Source of the DNA: an uncultured Acidimicrobiaceae bacterium
GTDB lineage: Bacteria > Actinomycetota > Acidimicrobiia > Acidimicrobiales > UBA8190
Direction of reading: 5' to 3'
DNA length: 64,000 bases
Assembly: GCA_963842145.1 (NCBI GenBank)
Contig: CAWJFJ010000012.1
Location: forward strand, 227,060-291,059
Shown here: positions 38,790 to 48,357 of the stretch, piece by piece
Numbering within the stretch: position 1 is the stretch's first letter
How the letters are laid out: every line of letters begins with the position of its first letter
Made by a program: the position numbers and the translations under genes
The notes under the pieces: model-generated
What the model was told of the DNA's origin: nothing
The model's input: only the letters and a program-made list of their open reading frames with translations
The model's database searches: none

Positions 38790-39257
38790 CCCGTCGGCGC
38801 CATCCGGTCGACTTTGAACGAGACGACCTTGCTGGCCAGCTCATCGATGCGGGGTTCGATCGACAAAGCCGCGCCGTCTTCGTGTGGGAAGGTGTGACCC
38901 AGTACTTGAAGAGGGAAGCGGTTGACTCGACATTCGACGTCATCCGCCACCTTGCCGGGCCGGACAGCACCGTGATCGTCACCTATGTCGACCGACGCGC
39001 GCTCACGGAGCCAAGTCCCTTCCCGGAGGCACGCCGGTGGGTCGGAGCAGTTGCCCGTGTCGGCGAACCTTGGATCTTCGGGCTCCTGCCCGAGGACGCC
39101 CCGAGCTTCTTCGCCAAGCGCGGCTTCGTCCTCCAACGAGATCTTTCGACACTCGACGCCAGCCGTGAGTGGCTAAGCGATCCGCTCGCATCGCCATTGG
39201 GGCTCCGGGCTCTACCGAGTCGTGGTCGCCCGAGCCAACGTCACAGTTGCTGCCTGA
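38790..39257 (+). pseudogene. C-terminal fragment of a class I SAM-dependent (TIGR00027-like) methyltransferase
   Basis: VDFERDDLAGQLIDAGFDRQSRAVFVWEGVTQYL...VTYVD. The SAM-binding N-terminal half is absent. The expected YRVVVARA ending is in a different frame (stop at 39255-39257). Confidence 0.55.
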
Positions 39258-39452
39258 CAGTCACTGCGAATCAGGGGCCGAGCCACCTGTAGACGCTGCC
39301 ACCCAGTACTGATGTCCAGTGAGACCCTGAGGAGTTCGACGACACTCCCGACCACCTCACTCACATTGTGACGATGCCGTTCCGATCGTGATGAGGAACA
39401 CAATGGGACCTTCGACCCTGACACGGCCCGGAGTATTCTGTTTACATACCAG

Positions 39453-40883
39453 GTGATGACGCTCGATCTGTCGCGCTGGCAATTCGGTATCACCACGGTC
39501 TTCCACTTCATCTTCGTCCCGCTAACCATTGGGCTCGCTCTGCTGTTGGCGATCATGCAGACGGCGGCCTACCGGACACGGCACGATGAAGTGAAGCACC
39601 AGAAGTGGGAACGCATGACCCTCTTCTGGCGCCGGCTTTTCCTCATCAACTTCGCCATCGGTGTGGTCACCGGCATCGTCCAGGAGTTCCAGTTCGGCAT
39701 GAACTGGGCGGCCTACTCGCGCTACGTGGGAAGTGTCTTTGGTGCCCCCCTCGCCGTCGAGGCCCTGCTCGCCTTCTTCTTGGAGTCGACTTTCCTAGGC
39801 GTGTGGATTTTCGGAAGAGATCGGGTGTCCGCCCGCATCCACCTGGCGTCGATCTGGCTGGTGAGCGCTGGCACCACTCTGTCGGCCTACTTCATCCTGG
39901 CCGCCAACGCCTGGATGCAGCACCCAGTCGGCTACAAAGTGGTCGGCGATCGGGCCGTCATGACCAACTTCTGGGCCGTGATGACCAACAGCACGCTCAT
40001 CAGTTCTTTCCTCCACGTCTTCACCGCCGCCCTCGTCACCGCCGCCGTGCTGATGCTGGGGGTGAGCGCCTGGCACCTGCTTCGCAGCCGGCGCGCCGGG
40101 CAACCCCCCCATCCGGTGTTCTCCGCCTCAGCCAAACTGGCACTGATCGTCGGGGCCATCGCCATCGTGGCCACCATGTTCTTCGGCGACAATCAGGCTC
40201 GGTTAATGGAAAAGCAGCAGCCGATGAAGATGGCGGCGGCCGAGGCCATCTACAACACCCAGAACGGCGCCAGCTTCTCGCTGCTCACCATCGGGAACCT
40301 CTCGGGCCAGCCGGTCTTCCAGTTACGACTGCCTCACATGTTGTCGGTGCTGGCCGACAACAGTTGGAACGGTCCCGTCCAGGGAATCAACCAGATCCAG
40401 GCCCAAGAGGCCGCCAAGTACGGACCGGGCAACTACAAGCCCATTCTGTGGGTCACCTACTGGACCTTCCGGATCATGGTGGGCTGCGGGATCCTCATGC
40501 TCTTGATCATGGCCGTCGGCCTCTGGCTCATGTACCGACGGAAGCTGGACGACTCGAAATGGTTCCTCGGGTTGGCCGTCCCCACCATCGCCCTTCCGTT
40601 CTTGGCCAATGCGATGGGTTGGATCTTCACCGAGATGGGACGCCAGCCCTGGGTGGTCTACGGACTCCTCAAGACCTCGCAAGCGGTCTCCAACATCGGC
40701 ACCGGCTACGTGGTGACGACCTTGATCGGGTTCACCGCCATCTACAGCGTGCTGGCGATAATCGACTTCGGCCTCATGGCCCGCTTCGCCCGCCTCGATC
40801 CCGACGCCGCGGACGAGCACGACCACGACAACGACAGCGGGCTCGTCTCCGGTGAGGACCGGGTGCCGGCCCTCGTCTACTGA
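39453..40883 (+). CDS. cydA: Cytochrome bd oxidase subunit I
   Basis: LSRWQFGITTVFHFIFVPLTIGLA and the Q-loop GDNQARLMEKQQPMKMAAAEA. Intact 476-aa ORF. Confidence 0.93.
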   Translation: MMTLDLSRWQFGITTVFHFIFVPLTIGLALLLAIMQTAAYRTRHDEVKHQKWERMTLFWRRLFLINFAIGVVTGIVQEFQFGMNWAAYSRYVGSVFGAPLAVEALLAFFLESTFLGVWIFGRDRVSARIHLASIWLVSAGTTLSAYFILAANAWMQHPVGYKVVGDRAVMTNFWAVMTNSTLISSFLHVFTAALVTAAVLMLGVSAWHLLRSRRAGQPPHPVFSASAKLALIVGAIAIVATMFFGDNQARLMEKQQPMKMAAAEAIYNTQNGASFSLLTIGNLSGQPVFQLRLPHMLSVLADNSWNGPVQGINQIQAQEAAKYGPGNYKPILWVTYWTFRIMVGCGILMLLIMAVGLWLMYRRKLDDSKWFLGLAVPTIALPFLANAMGWIFTEMGRQPWVVYGLLKTSQAVSNIGTGYVVTTLIGFTAIYSVLAIIDFGLMARFARLDPDAADEHDHDNDSGLVSGEDRVPALVY

Positions 40884-40900
40884 GACGACAGGGAGAACTG

Positions 40901-42062
40901 ATGGTTTCCACAGTGGCGGCGGCGGTCCCGCCTTACACCGGACTCGAAGTGTTCTGGTTCACGATCATCGCCATCTTGTGGGTGGTCTACTTCGTGCTCG
41001 AGGGTTTCGACTTCGGCGTCGGCATGCTGCTGCCGGTGGTGGGCAGAAACGACCTCGATCGCAGGGTGTTGATCAACACCATCGGCCCGGTGTGGGACGG
41101 CAACGAGGTCTGGCTGCTGGTGGCAGGGGGCGCCACCTTCGCCGCCTTCCCGAACTGGTACGCCACCTTGTTCAGCGGCTTCTATCTGCCATTGTTCTTG
41201 ATCCTGGCGGCACTCATCTTCCGGGGAGTGGCCTTCGAGTTCCGGGCCAAGCGCGCCCTGCCGGCGTGGAGGAGCACCTGGGATCACGCCATCTTCTGGG
41301 GAAGTCTGATCCCGGCTCTGTTGTGGGGCGTGGCCTTCGCCAACATCCTGCGTGGGGTCCCGATCGGGCGGCAGTTTAGCTATCTACGGGTCGTTTTTCA
41401 ACCTGCTCAACCCTTACGCGCTGGTGGGTGGGGTCACGACGCTGCTGCTCTTCGCCCTCCACGGTGCTGTCTTCTTGTCCCTCAAGACCACCGACGAGAT
41501 CCACGAACGGGCTTCCCGTGTGGCCAAAATCCTCGCTCCCGCTGCGACCGCCGCCCTGGTTGCGTTTCTGGCCTGGACCTACGTGAACGCCCACAACGCG
41601 CACGACACCGGACTGGTTCCTCCCTTCGTTCCTATTGCCGCCATCGTGGCGGTCTGCGTGGTCGGGTGGCTCCTGCGCGAACGACTGGAGGGTTGGGCCT
41701 TCGTCGCCACCGCCGTCGGTTTGGTCGGCTTGGTGGCCACGATTTTCTTGAATCTCTACCCGAGGGTGATGGTGTCGAGCATTTCTCCGGCCTTCAACCT
41801 CACCATCGGCAATTCGGCCTCGGCGCCATACACCCTCAAGGTCATGACCATCGTGGCATTGATCTTCACGCCGATCGTGTTGGTGTATCAGGGTTGGTCG
41901 TACTGGGTGTTCCGGGCGCGGGTGCGCCGACCGGGCTCGATCTCGGTTCCGCGCCACGGTACCGGCGGGTCATCGGGTCTTTCCGGTGCGGGGGACACCA
42001 ACCCGGCGCTCACGGCTTCAGGTGACGCCGACTCGCCTCCCGGTGAAGGCGGAAGCTCTTGA
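40901..42062 (+). pseudogene. cydB: Cytochrome bd oxidase subunit II, frameshifted
   Basis: FWFTIIAILWVVYFVLEGFDFGVGML...GPVWDGNEVWLL is in ORF 40901..42025, and YGSFFNLLNPYALVGG...YQGWSYWVFR is in ORF 41352..42062. Removing one G from GGG at 41366-41368 restores GVPIGGSLAIYGSFF. There is an unusual tail of about 50 aa after YWVFR. Confidence 0.85.
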
Positions 42063-43810
42063 GCGTGGATGGCCGCCGGCGCCGGGGGCTGATCGATCCC
42101 CGCCTGACGCGTCGAGTCGCTCTCACCCGCCGCTACCTGGTGGCGGCGGTGGCGGTGGGCAGTGGTGCGACGGTCTGTCTCGTCGCTCAGGCCGTCCTGT
42201 TGGGCTTCATCATCGAGCACGTTCTTCTCGATCATGGCTCGCTCACCAGCGTCTTCCCGCAAATGATCGGGTTGGGCGGGGCGTTCGTGCTCCGGGCTGT
42301 GTGTTCGTGGGCGGGCGAATGGGCCGCCCACCACACCTCGGCCCTGGTGACCTCCACGCTCCGGCGGCAGGTGATCGCCCGGGCTGTCGCCCTCGGGCCG
42401 TCATGGCTGGCCACCGAGCGCACGGGCGAACTGGCGGCGTCCGCCACCCAGGGGGTGGAGGCTCTCGACACCTTCTTCGCCCGCTACCTACCCACCGCCG
42501 TGCTGGCGGGTCTCACGCCGGTGCTTCTGTTGGTCTTCATTCTATGGACCGATTGGCTCTCTTTCATCATCCTGGCCGTGACGGTGTCGGTCATCCCCCT
42601 CTTCATGGTGCTCCTCGGCCTCGAGGTGAAACAGAACGCGGCACACCAGTGGGCTCGACTCTCCGAATTGTCGGCCACCTTCTACGACGTCGTTCAGGGC
42701 CTCCCCACCCTGCGTGCCTTCGGTCGGGCCCGTGCCGGACGCCGCACCTTGGAACGTGCCAACGAGAAGTTCCGGGCTACGACCATGAGCACCTTGCGCG
42801 TTGCGTTTCTTTCGTCGCTCGCCCTCGAGGTCCTCGCCTCGGTGGGCACCGCGTTGGTCGCGCTCTTTCTTGGACTCCGGCTGCTCGACGGCACCGTGCA
42901 TCTCGGGATGGCCCTGGCCGTCCTCATCCTGGCCCCCGAGGTCTATCTTCCTCTGCGGCGCGCGGGCGCCGAGTTCCACGCCAGCGCCGCGGGACAGGCC
43001 GCGGCCGGGCGCATTCTCGACATCCTCGATGGCGGCGAACCGGCTGCCGCCGATCGACCGGCGCCGAACACCGACGGGAAACGGAGACCGCCCGAGGTGG
43101 CCGTCAACCCGATCCGGTTCCGCCAGGTGGAGTTCCGCTACCCCGGGCGCGGTGTTCCCGTGCTTGATGGCGTGGACCTCACCATCGAACCGGGTGAGCA
43201 CCTGGCCATCACCGGCGAGTCCGGGTCTGGTAAGTCGACGCTGCTGTGGCTGGTGTTGGGATTCGTGAGGCCGAGCCACGGCACACTCACCGTGGGCGGG
43301 ATCGACCTTCGCGGTATCTCTCTGCGCCACTGGCGCCAACAGATTGCTTGGGTTCCCCAACTCCCGTACCTCGTCCGGGGGACGATGGCCGACAATCTCC
43401 TTCTCGGCCACCCCGATGCTGGCGATCGGGCGCTCACGCGCTCGATCGAGTTGTCCGGTCTGGCCGGCCTGGTCGAAAGGCTTCCCCGTGGGGTCGACAC
43501 TCTGGTGGGCGAGGGAGGCGTCACCCTGAGCGCCGGTGAGCGCCAGCGGATCGCCCTCGGGAGGGCCATTCTGCGTGACGCGCCGCTCGTTCTCCTGGAC
43601 GAGCCCACCGCGCATCTCGACGGCGACCGGGAAGCATCACTGCGTGACGCCCTGACACCGTGGTTGGAGGGTCGGACGGTGGTGGTGGCCGCGCATCGCC
43701 GCGGCCTCGTCGGTCGCGTCGACCGCACCGTGGCCCTGATCGGCGGGCAGCTCGTCGACGTCGCCCTTACCGGGTGGCCTGAGACACGATCACTGGTGGC
43801 CCGGCCGTGA
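42059..43810 (+). CDS. cydD: Thiol reductant ABC exporter CydD
   Basis: Six-TM domain plus an ABC ATPase (GESGSGKST, LSAGERQR, LLDEPTAHLD). Position after cydB. Overlaps cydC by 4 nt. Confidence 0.88.
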   Translation: MSVDGRRRRGLIDPRLTRRVALTRRYLVAAVAVGSGATVCLVAQAVLLGFIIEHVLLDHGSLTSVFPQMIGLGGAFVLRAVCSWAGEWAAHHTSALVTSTLRRQVIARAVALGPSWLATERTGELAASATQGVEALDTFFARYLPTAVLAGLTPVLLLVFILWTDWLSFIILAVTVSVIPLFMVLLGLEVKQNAAHQWARLSELSATFYDVVQGLPTLRAFGRARAGRRTLERANEKFRATTMSTLRVAFLSSLALEVLASVGTALVALFLGLRLLDGTVHLGMALAVLILAPEVYLPLRRAGAEFHASAAGQAAAGRILDILDGGEPAAADRPAPNTDGKRRPPEVAVNPIRFRQVEFRYPGRGVPVLDGVDLTIEPGEHLAITGESGSGKSTLLWLVLGFVRPSHGTLTVGGIDLRGISLRHWRQQIAWVPQLPYLVRGTMADNLLLGHPDAGDRALTRSIELSGLAGLVERLPRGVDTLVGEGGVTLSAGERQRIALGRAILRDAPLVLLDEPTAHLDGDREASLRDALTPWLEGRTVVVAAHRRGLVGRVDRTVALIGGQLVDVALTGWPETRSLVARP

Positions 43811-45609
43811 GCCCCGATGCCGTGAAGGCGCGCTCCGCCGGAGCCACTCTTCGCGCCGTTGTGCGCGTCGGCGCTCCCCCCCGGAGCCGCTTCCTCCTCG
43901 GCACCCTACTCGGCAGTGCCACGGCCGTGTGCACGGTCGCCCTCCTTGCCTGTTCGGGCGCCTTGATCGACAAGGCCGCGCTGCGCCCGCCGCTCTACAC
44001 CTTGACCGTGCTGATGGCCGCCGTGCAGTTGCTGGCCCTCAGCCGTGGGCCGCTGCGGTACGGCGAGCGGCTTGTCTCCCACGATGCCGCCCTCGGAGCC
44101 TTGGGCCGTGTCCGCATGTGGCTCTATGACCAAGTCGAGCCCCGGTCGCCCGCCGGTCTGGCGAACTGGCGCAGCGGTGATCTGTTGGCTCGAGCCACGA
44201 GCGACGTTGACCTCCTCCAGGACCTCTACCTGCGCGGCATCTCTCCTGTGATCGTCGCAGGTGTCACGTCGCTGGTCGCCGTGGTCGTCGTGGTCGTCGT
44301 GTTACCGGTGGCCGGCCTCATCCTGGCGGCCGGGCTGACGGGCACCGGCGGACTCATGTCGGTGGTGGCGTGGACTCGCCAGCATCGTCTCGGGGCGACG
44401 GAGGAGGCTCTGCGCGGCGAGCTTTCGGCCGACGTCGTGGAGCTCCTGCGGGCCGCCCCGGATCTGGTGGCGCTGGGCCGAGACGAGGACTACCTCGAGC
44501 GGACCCTGGCCTCTGACGCCTCCCTGACCCGGCTTGCCTGCCGGCGATCGTGGACCGAAGGGGCGATCTCGGCCATCTCGGTTGTCTGCACCGGGGCGAC
44601 CGTAGTGGCCCTGCTCGTGGTGGCCATCCCCGCCGTCGGCACCCACAGGCTTCCCGGTTACATGCTGGCGGTTCTGCCCCTGGTGGCGCTGGGCGCTTTC
44701 GAGGTGGTGGCCCCGGTGGCAGACGCGGTGTCGAGGCTCTCACACCATGTGGAGGCGGCGCGCCGTCTCTTGGAGATCGCCGACATTCCGCTGCCGGTAA
44801 CCGACCCCACCGACCCGGCACCCACCCCCGCGGACACCGATGTGTCGCTCCAGAGTGCCGTGCTCCGCTACGGACCGGACCATCCCCGGGCCCTGGACGG
44901 GCTCACCCTTTCTGTACCGGCGGATCGCAAAGTGGCCCTGATTGGTCCCAGTGGTGCCGGGAAGAGCAGCGTGGTCAACGTCCTCCTGCGATTCTGGGCC
45001 TTGGAGGACGGTGAAGCTGCCCTCGGGGGGACCTCGCTCGACCAACTCAACCAGGAAACGACGCGGGGACTGATCGGCTGGGTGGCCCAGGACACACATC
45101 TGTTCAACACCACCATTGGCGCCAACATCGCTCTGGCTCGGCCCAGTGCAGACGATACGGAGGTCGCTGCGGCGGCCCGGGCGGCCCAACTCGGTCCGTG
45201 GATCGACTCGCTGCCTCGCGGCCTCGACACGCCGGTGGGAGAACAGGGGGCGCAACTCTCGGGTGGCCAACGCCAACGGCTCGCCCTGGCTCGCGCCTTG
45301 CTGGCCCGGGCGCCGGTGCTCGTCCTTGACGAGCCGACCTCAGGACTCGACGAGCCAACCGCCCAACGGCTTGTCCATGACGTCCTAACTGCCACCACCG
45401 GAACCAGCCTTCTTTACATCACCCACCGGACAGACGAGGTGGCGAACTTCGACAAGCTAATCATCGTCGACAACGGCAAGGTGATCGGGGATATCGACCC
45501 CAAAGCCCGTCTCCCGTATGCCGACTCAGAATCTTGCCGGACTGCACTCATCGGTGTTGAACTCCTCGATACCATCCCGGATCCGATCGGGCGGGCACCT
45601 CGGGCGTGA
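43807..45609 (+). CDS. cydC: Thiol reductant ABC exporter CydC
   Basis: TM domain plus ATPase (GPSGAGKSS, LSGGQRQR, VLDEPTSGLD). Last gene of the cyd operon. Confidence 0.88.
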   Translation: MSPDAVKARSAGATLRAVVRVGAPPRSRFLLGTLLGSATAVCTVALLACSGALIDKAALRPPLYTLTVLMAAVQLLALSRGPLRYGERLVSHDAALGALGRVRMWLYDQVEPRSPAGLANWRSGDLLARATSDVDLLQDLYLRGISPVIVAGVTSLVAVVVVVVVLPVAGLILAAGLTGTGGLMSVVAWTRQHRLGATEEALRGELSADVVELLRAAPDLVALGRDEDYLERTLASDASLTRLACRRSWTEGAISAISVVCTGATVVALLVVAIPAVGTHRLPGYMLAVLPLVALGAFEVVAPVADAVSRLSHHVEAARRLLEIADIPLPVTDPTDPAPTPADTDVSLQSAVLRYGPDHPRALDGLTLSVPADRKVALIGPSGAGKSSVVNVLLRFWALEDGEAALGGTSLDQLNQETTRGLIGWVAQDTHLFNTTIGANIALARPSADDTEVAAAARAAQLGPWIDSLPRGLDTPVGEQGAQLSGGQRQRLALARALLARAPVLVLDEPTSGLDEPTAQRLVHDVLTATTGTSLLYITHRTDEVANFDKLIIVDNGKVIGDIDPKARLPYADSESCRTALIGVELLDTIPDPIGRAPRA

Positions 45610-46006
45610 GCGCTGGCTGAATGCTCTGTAGCGCTCGATTGCGAGTTTCGGATACCGGCGAATTTCTTCGCCTGGCCGCCCGACAACGACGCCATGCTGT
45701 GCACCCTGGCTCTGGGTCGATGACGATTACTCCCATGACGGCGGCAGAGCCTCCGGGGATCCCAGGCCGGTTCACCTTCGCCTGTCGTCGCTTGGTCCAC
45801 CACGACGTTCTCGACGATTGCCCAGGGGTGACAACCGTGAGTCAACTGGGGAACAAGACCCGTCAGGTCCGGCGAACAGACGGCATTTGGGTTCAGGCCC
45901 TTGAGCCGAGAAACGCCAAGAGCGACCACCATCCTTCTACTCTCAACCGGTCGAACGCACTTCGTCTGCCGACCTTGTCGGGGAACCTTGAGACCAGATA
46001 GCGGCC

Positions 46007-47956
46007 TCAGGGCTTGATTGTGAGGACGTTGTCGCGGGCGGCCCGAGCCGCCTTCTTGGCTTCGTACATGGCCTGGTCGGCCTGGTGCACCAGCGCCATG
46101 GGGTCGGTCTCGGCATCGCATTCGGTCAGCGCCACGCCGACGCTTGCTCGTAGCGGGACCTGAACACCTTCGACGGGGAGGCTCCGTCGGCCCAAGCTGG
46201 CCTGGATGCGTTCGACGACCGCGTCCCCGTCGCAGCTGTGATCGTGGCACAGGACCACGAGGAACTCGTCGCCACCGAGGCGTCCGACAACATCACACGA
46301 GTCGGTCGCCTCGATGAGGGCTTCGCCGGTGGCGATAATGGCGGCGTCGCCGATCTCGTGGCCGAAGGTATCGTTCAGGGGCTTGAGTCCATCGAGGTCG
46401 ATGAAGAGTACCTCCACCGTTTCGCCTTCATATCGTCTCCGGCTGACATCGGTCGTGAGATAGTCGAAGACGGCTGCGCGGTTGTAGAGGCCGGTAAGTC
46501 GGTCGTGGGTGGCTGCTTCATGCAGTTGTTGGCGGTGAAGCTCCCGTTCGCGGATCCTGGTGGCGAGCGCGTCGATCGTCGCTTGGAGCGCCCTGCCCGT
46601 CCGCCCCGGTAGCGGGACGATGAGCTCGGGATTGGAGAGGTCCTCGGTGGCGAGGGCCACCGTCTTGCCTTCGACCGCCTTCAGCGTGCCGGCCATATCG
46701 TTGAATGCAGACGTTGTGGCGACAACCTCTCTGGGACCTTTGTGGCTGAGCGGCTCCAGGTCGAATTGACCGCCGTGTACCTGAAAAGCGGCCTTCGCCA
46801 ACTTCTTGAGCGGGAGAGTCAGGACGCGTCCAGCGGCGATGACCCCGCCCAGGCAGGCGAGGCACAGCAAGGCCAGGAAGAGGATGGTCGCCGCAAACCG
46901 GGATGCGGCATGCGCTCCCTGTGCGAGCGCCGTGGTTCGGAGGTCCTGCGAGGCGGCGACAACGAGATTATTCAGGTCAGACAGGTACTGGAGGCCCGGG
47001 CGCATCGAGGATCCGGCGAAGCTGAGGTTGCCCACGAAGGGAGGCGGTTCATTATCCAACGTGACGGTCACGCCCTGTTGAATGGTGGCGGCGAACTTCT
47101 GATCGCTCGGGTCGGACCGCAGTCCGTCCCAGGCGCGCTGGGCACCGGGGCTCAAGTGGCCTGTGAACTCCCTCGTCGCCGTCTGGTACTCACCGGTGGC
47201 CTCGAGAAGCTCCTGCTTGGCATCGGTCGGGCCGGTGCCCTGAAGGACATAGATGGCGCCTTCGATCTGGTGGCCGCCGGCCAGGAACGCCTGATACGTC
47301 TGGTAGAGCGCCGAGGCGTGGACCTCGACGAGGCCCGGCGGTTGCCAGGCGGCGATGTCATTCTGCAACTCGTTGTAGCCCGAGTACCACAGATTGTCGA
47401 TGTCGGCAGCCATTTTGGTCAAGAAGGCGTGGACACGGATGAACGTGATCGTCCTGGCCTGCACCTCGGGAATCATGTTCTTCAACGTGGCCACATCCGA
47501 GCGAATCGTCGGCGTGGACGAGAATGTCGGGAAGTCAGCCAGCTTGGCCGTGCCCTGCGCCAGCTGCGTCTGGAACGGGATGGTGGGCTTGAGGAGCTTG
47601 TCCAGCGTTTCCTCGCTGATCCCGAGCTGACCCGAGTACGACACCGCCGTCATAGGCACTTGCACGACGTTCAGCTGTGCCCGCGCTGAGGCGATGACAG
47701 AGAGGCGCCCTGCTTCGCGAGCCACGGCCTGAGCATTCTGCCGGAACGTCCAGGCCGACGCCGCTTGAGATCCAGCCAAGATGGCGGTGGTGACCGTCGG
47801 CAGGAGCACGACGAGGATCAGAATGAGGCGCACGCCCGGACGCCAACCGCTCGACGTTGTCGGGCCTTGGTTCGCGGTATTGAGTTCCAATGGAGGCTCT
47901 GGGTCAGCTAGCGGTGCCTCGCCCGTGTCGACGTCGAGTCGAGATGCGGCTGTCAT
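46007..47956 (-). CDS. Membrane sensor diguanylate cyclase (periplasmic domain-HAMP-GGDEF)
   Basis: N-terminal TM, large extracytoplasmic segment, second TM (FLALLCLACLGGVIAAG), then HDRLTGLYNR and RLGGDEFLVV. Confidence 0.85.
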   Translation of the reverse strand: MTAASRLDVDTGEAPLADPEPPLELNTANQGPTTSSGWRPGVRLILILVVLLPTVTTAILAGSQAASAWTFRQNAQAVAREAGRLSVIASARAQLNVVQVPMTAVSYSGQLGISEETLDKLLKPTIPFQTQLAQGTAKLADFPTFSSTPTIRSDVATLKNMIPEVQARTITFIRVHAFLTKMAADIDNLWYSGYNELQNDIAAWQPPGLVEVHASALYQTYQAFLAGGHQIEGAIYVLQGTGPTDAKQELLEATGEYQTATREFTGHLSPGAQRAWDGLRSDPSDQKFAATIQQGVTVTLDNEPPPFVGNLSFAGSSMRPGLQYLSDLNNLVVAASQDLRTTALAQGAHAASRFAATILFLALLCLACLGGVIAAGRVLTLPLKKLAKAAFQVHGGQFDLEPLSHKGPREVVATTSAFNDMAGTLKAVEGKTVALATEDLSNPELIVPLPGRTGRALQATIDALATRIRERELHRQQLHEAATHDRLTGLYNRAAVFDYLTTDVSRRRYEGETVEVLFIDLDGLKPLNDTFGHEIGDAAIIATGEALIEATDSCDVVGRLGGDEFLVVLCHDHSCDGDAVVERIQASLGRRSLPVEGVQVPLRASVGVALTECDAETDPMALVHQADQAMYEAKKAARAARDNVLTIKP

Positions 47957-48357
47957 GGTCAGGGGAATCGGTAGGGGATTGCCATTCCTTGACCGAAGGC
48001 AATCACGGCTCCCAGTTTGTTGTCCAGCGTCGAAGTGCCATGGGTCTCAGCGATCGTGGTCATTCGTTCCTCGCAGCTCGTCGGCGGAGCTGGTCCATCT
48101 CGAATCACAACGACGCCACAACGTTCGAGATCAATCTCGTCGGGCGAGCATGACCGTCGGACGAGCCGTCGGATCCATGGCGAAGCCGGCGACATCCGGC
48201 CCACTATCCGTGGGTCCGAGCGGATGACGAATGTGGCAAAGAGACGACCGCCGAAATCGCTACAGATCCACAACCAACCGAGCGTCGCCGTTGATATCGC
48301 CGAGTGATGTGCTGATATTCCTGGTGTGGAGAACGCCGCGCCCCGCATCTCGCCGAA

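Noticed and set aside
45610-46006. Small minus-strand ORF fragment (GCHPWAIVENVVVDQATTGEGEPAW) in the lower-GC gap after cydC.
   Set aside because: It is part of a long junk ORF (45414-46250) that overlaps cydC and the GGDEF gene, and it has no recognisable motif.
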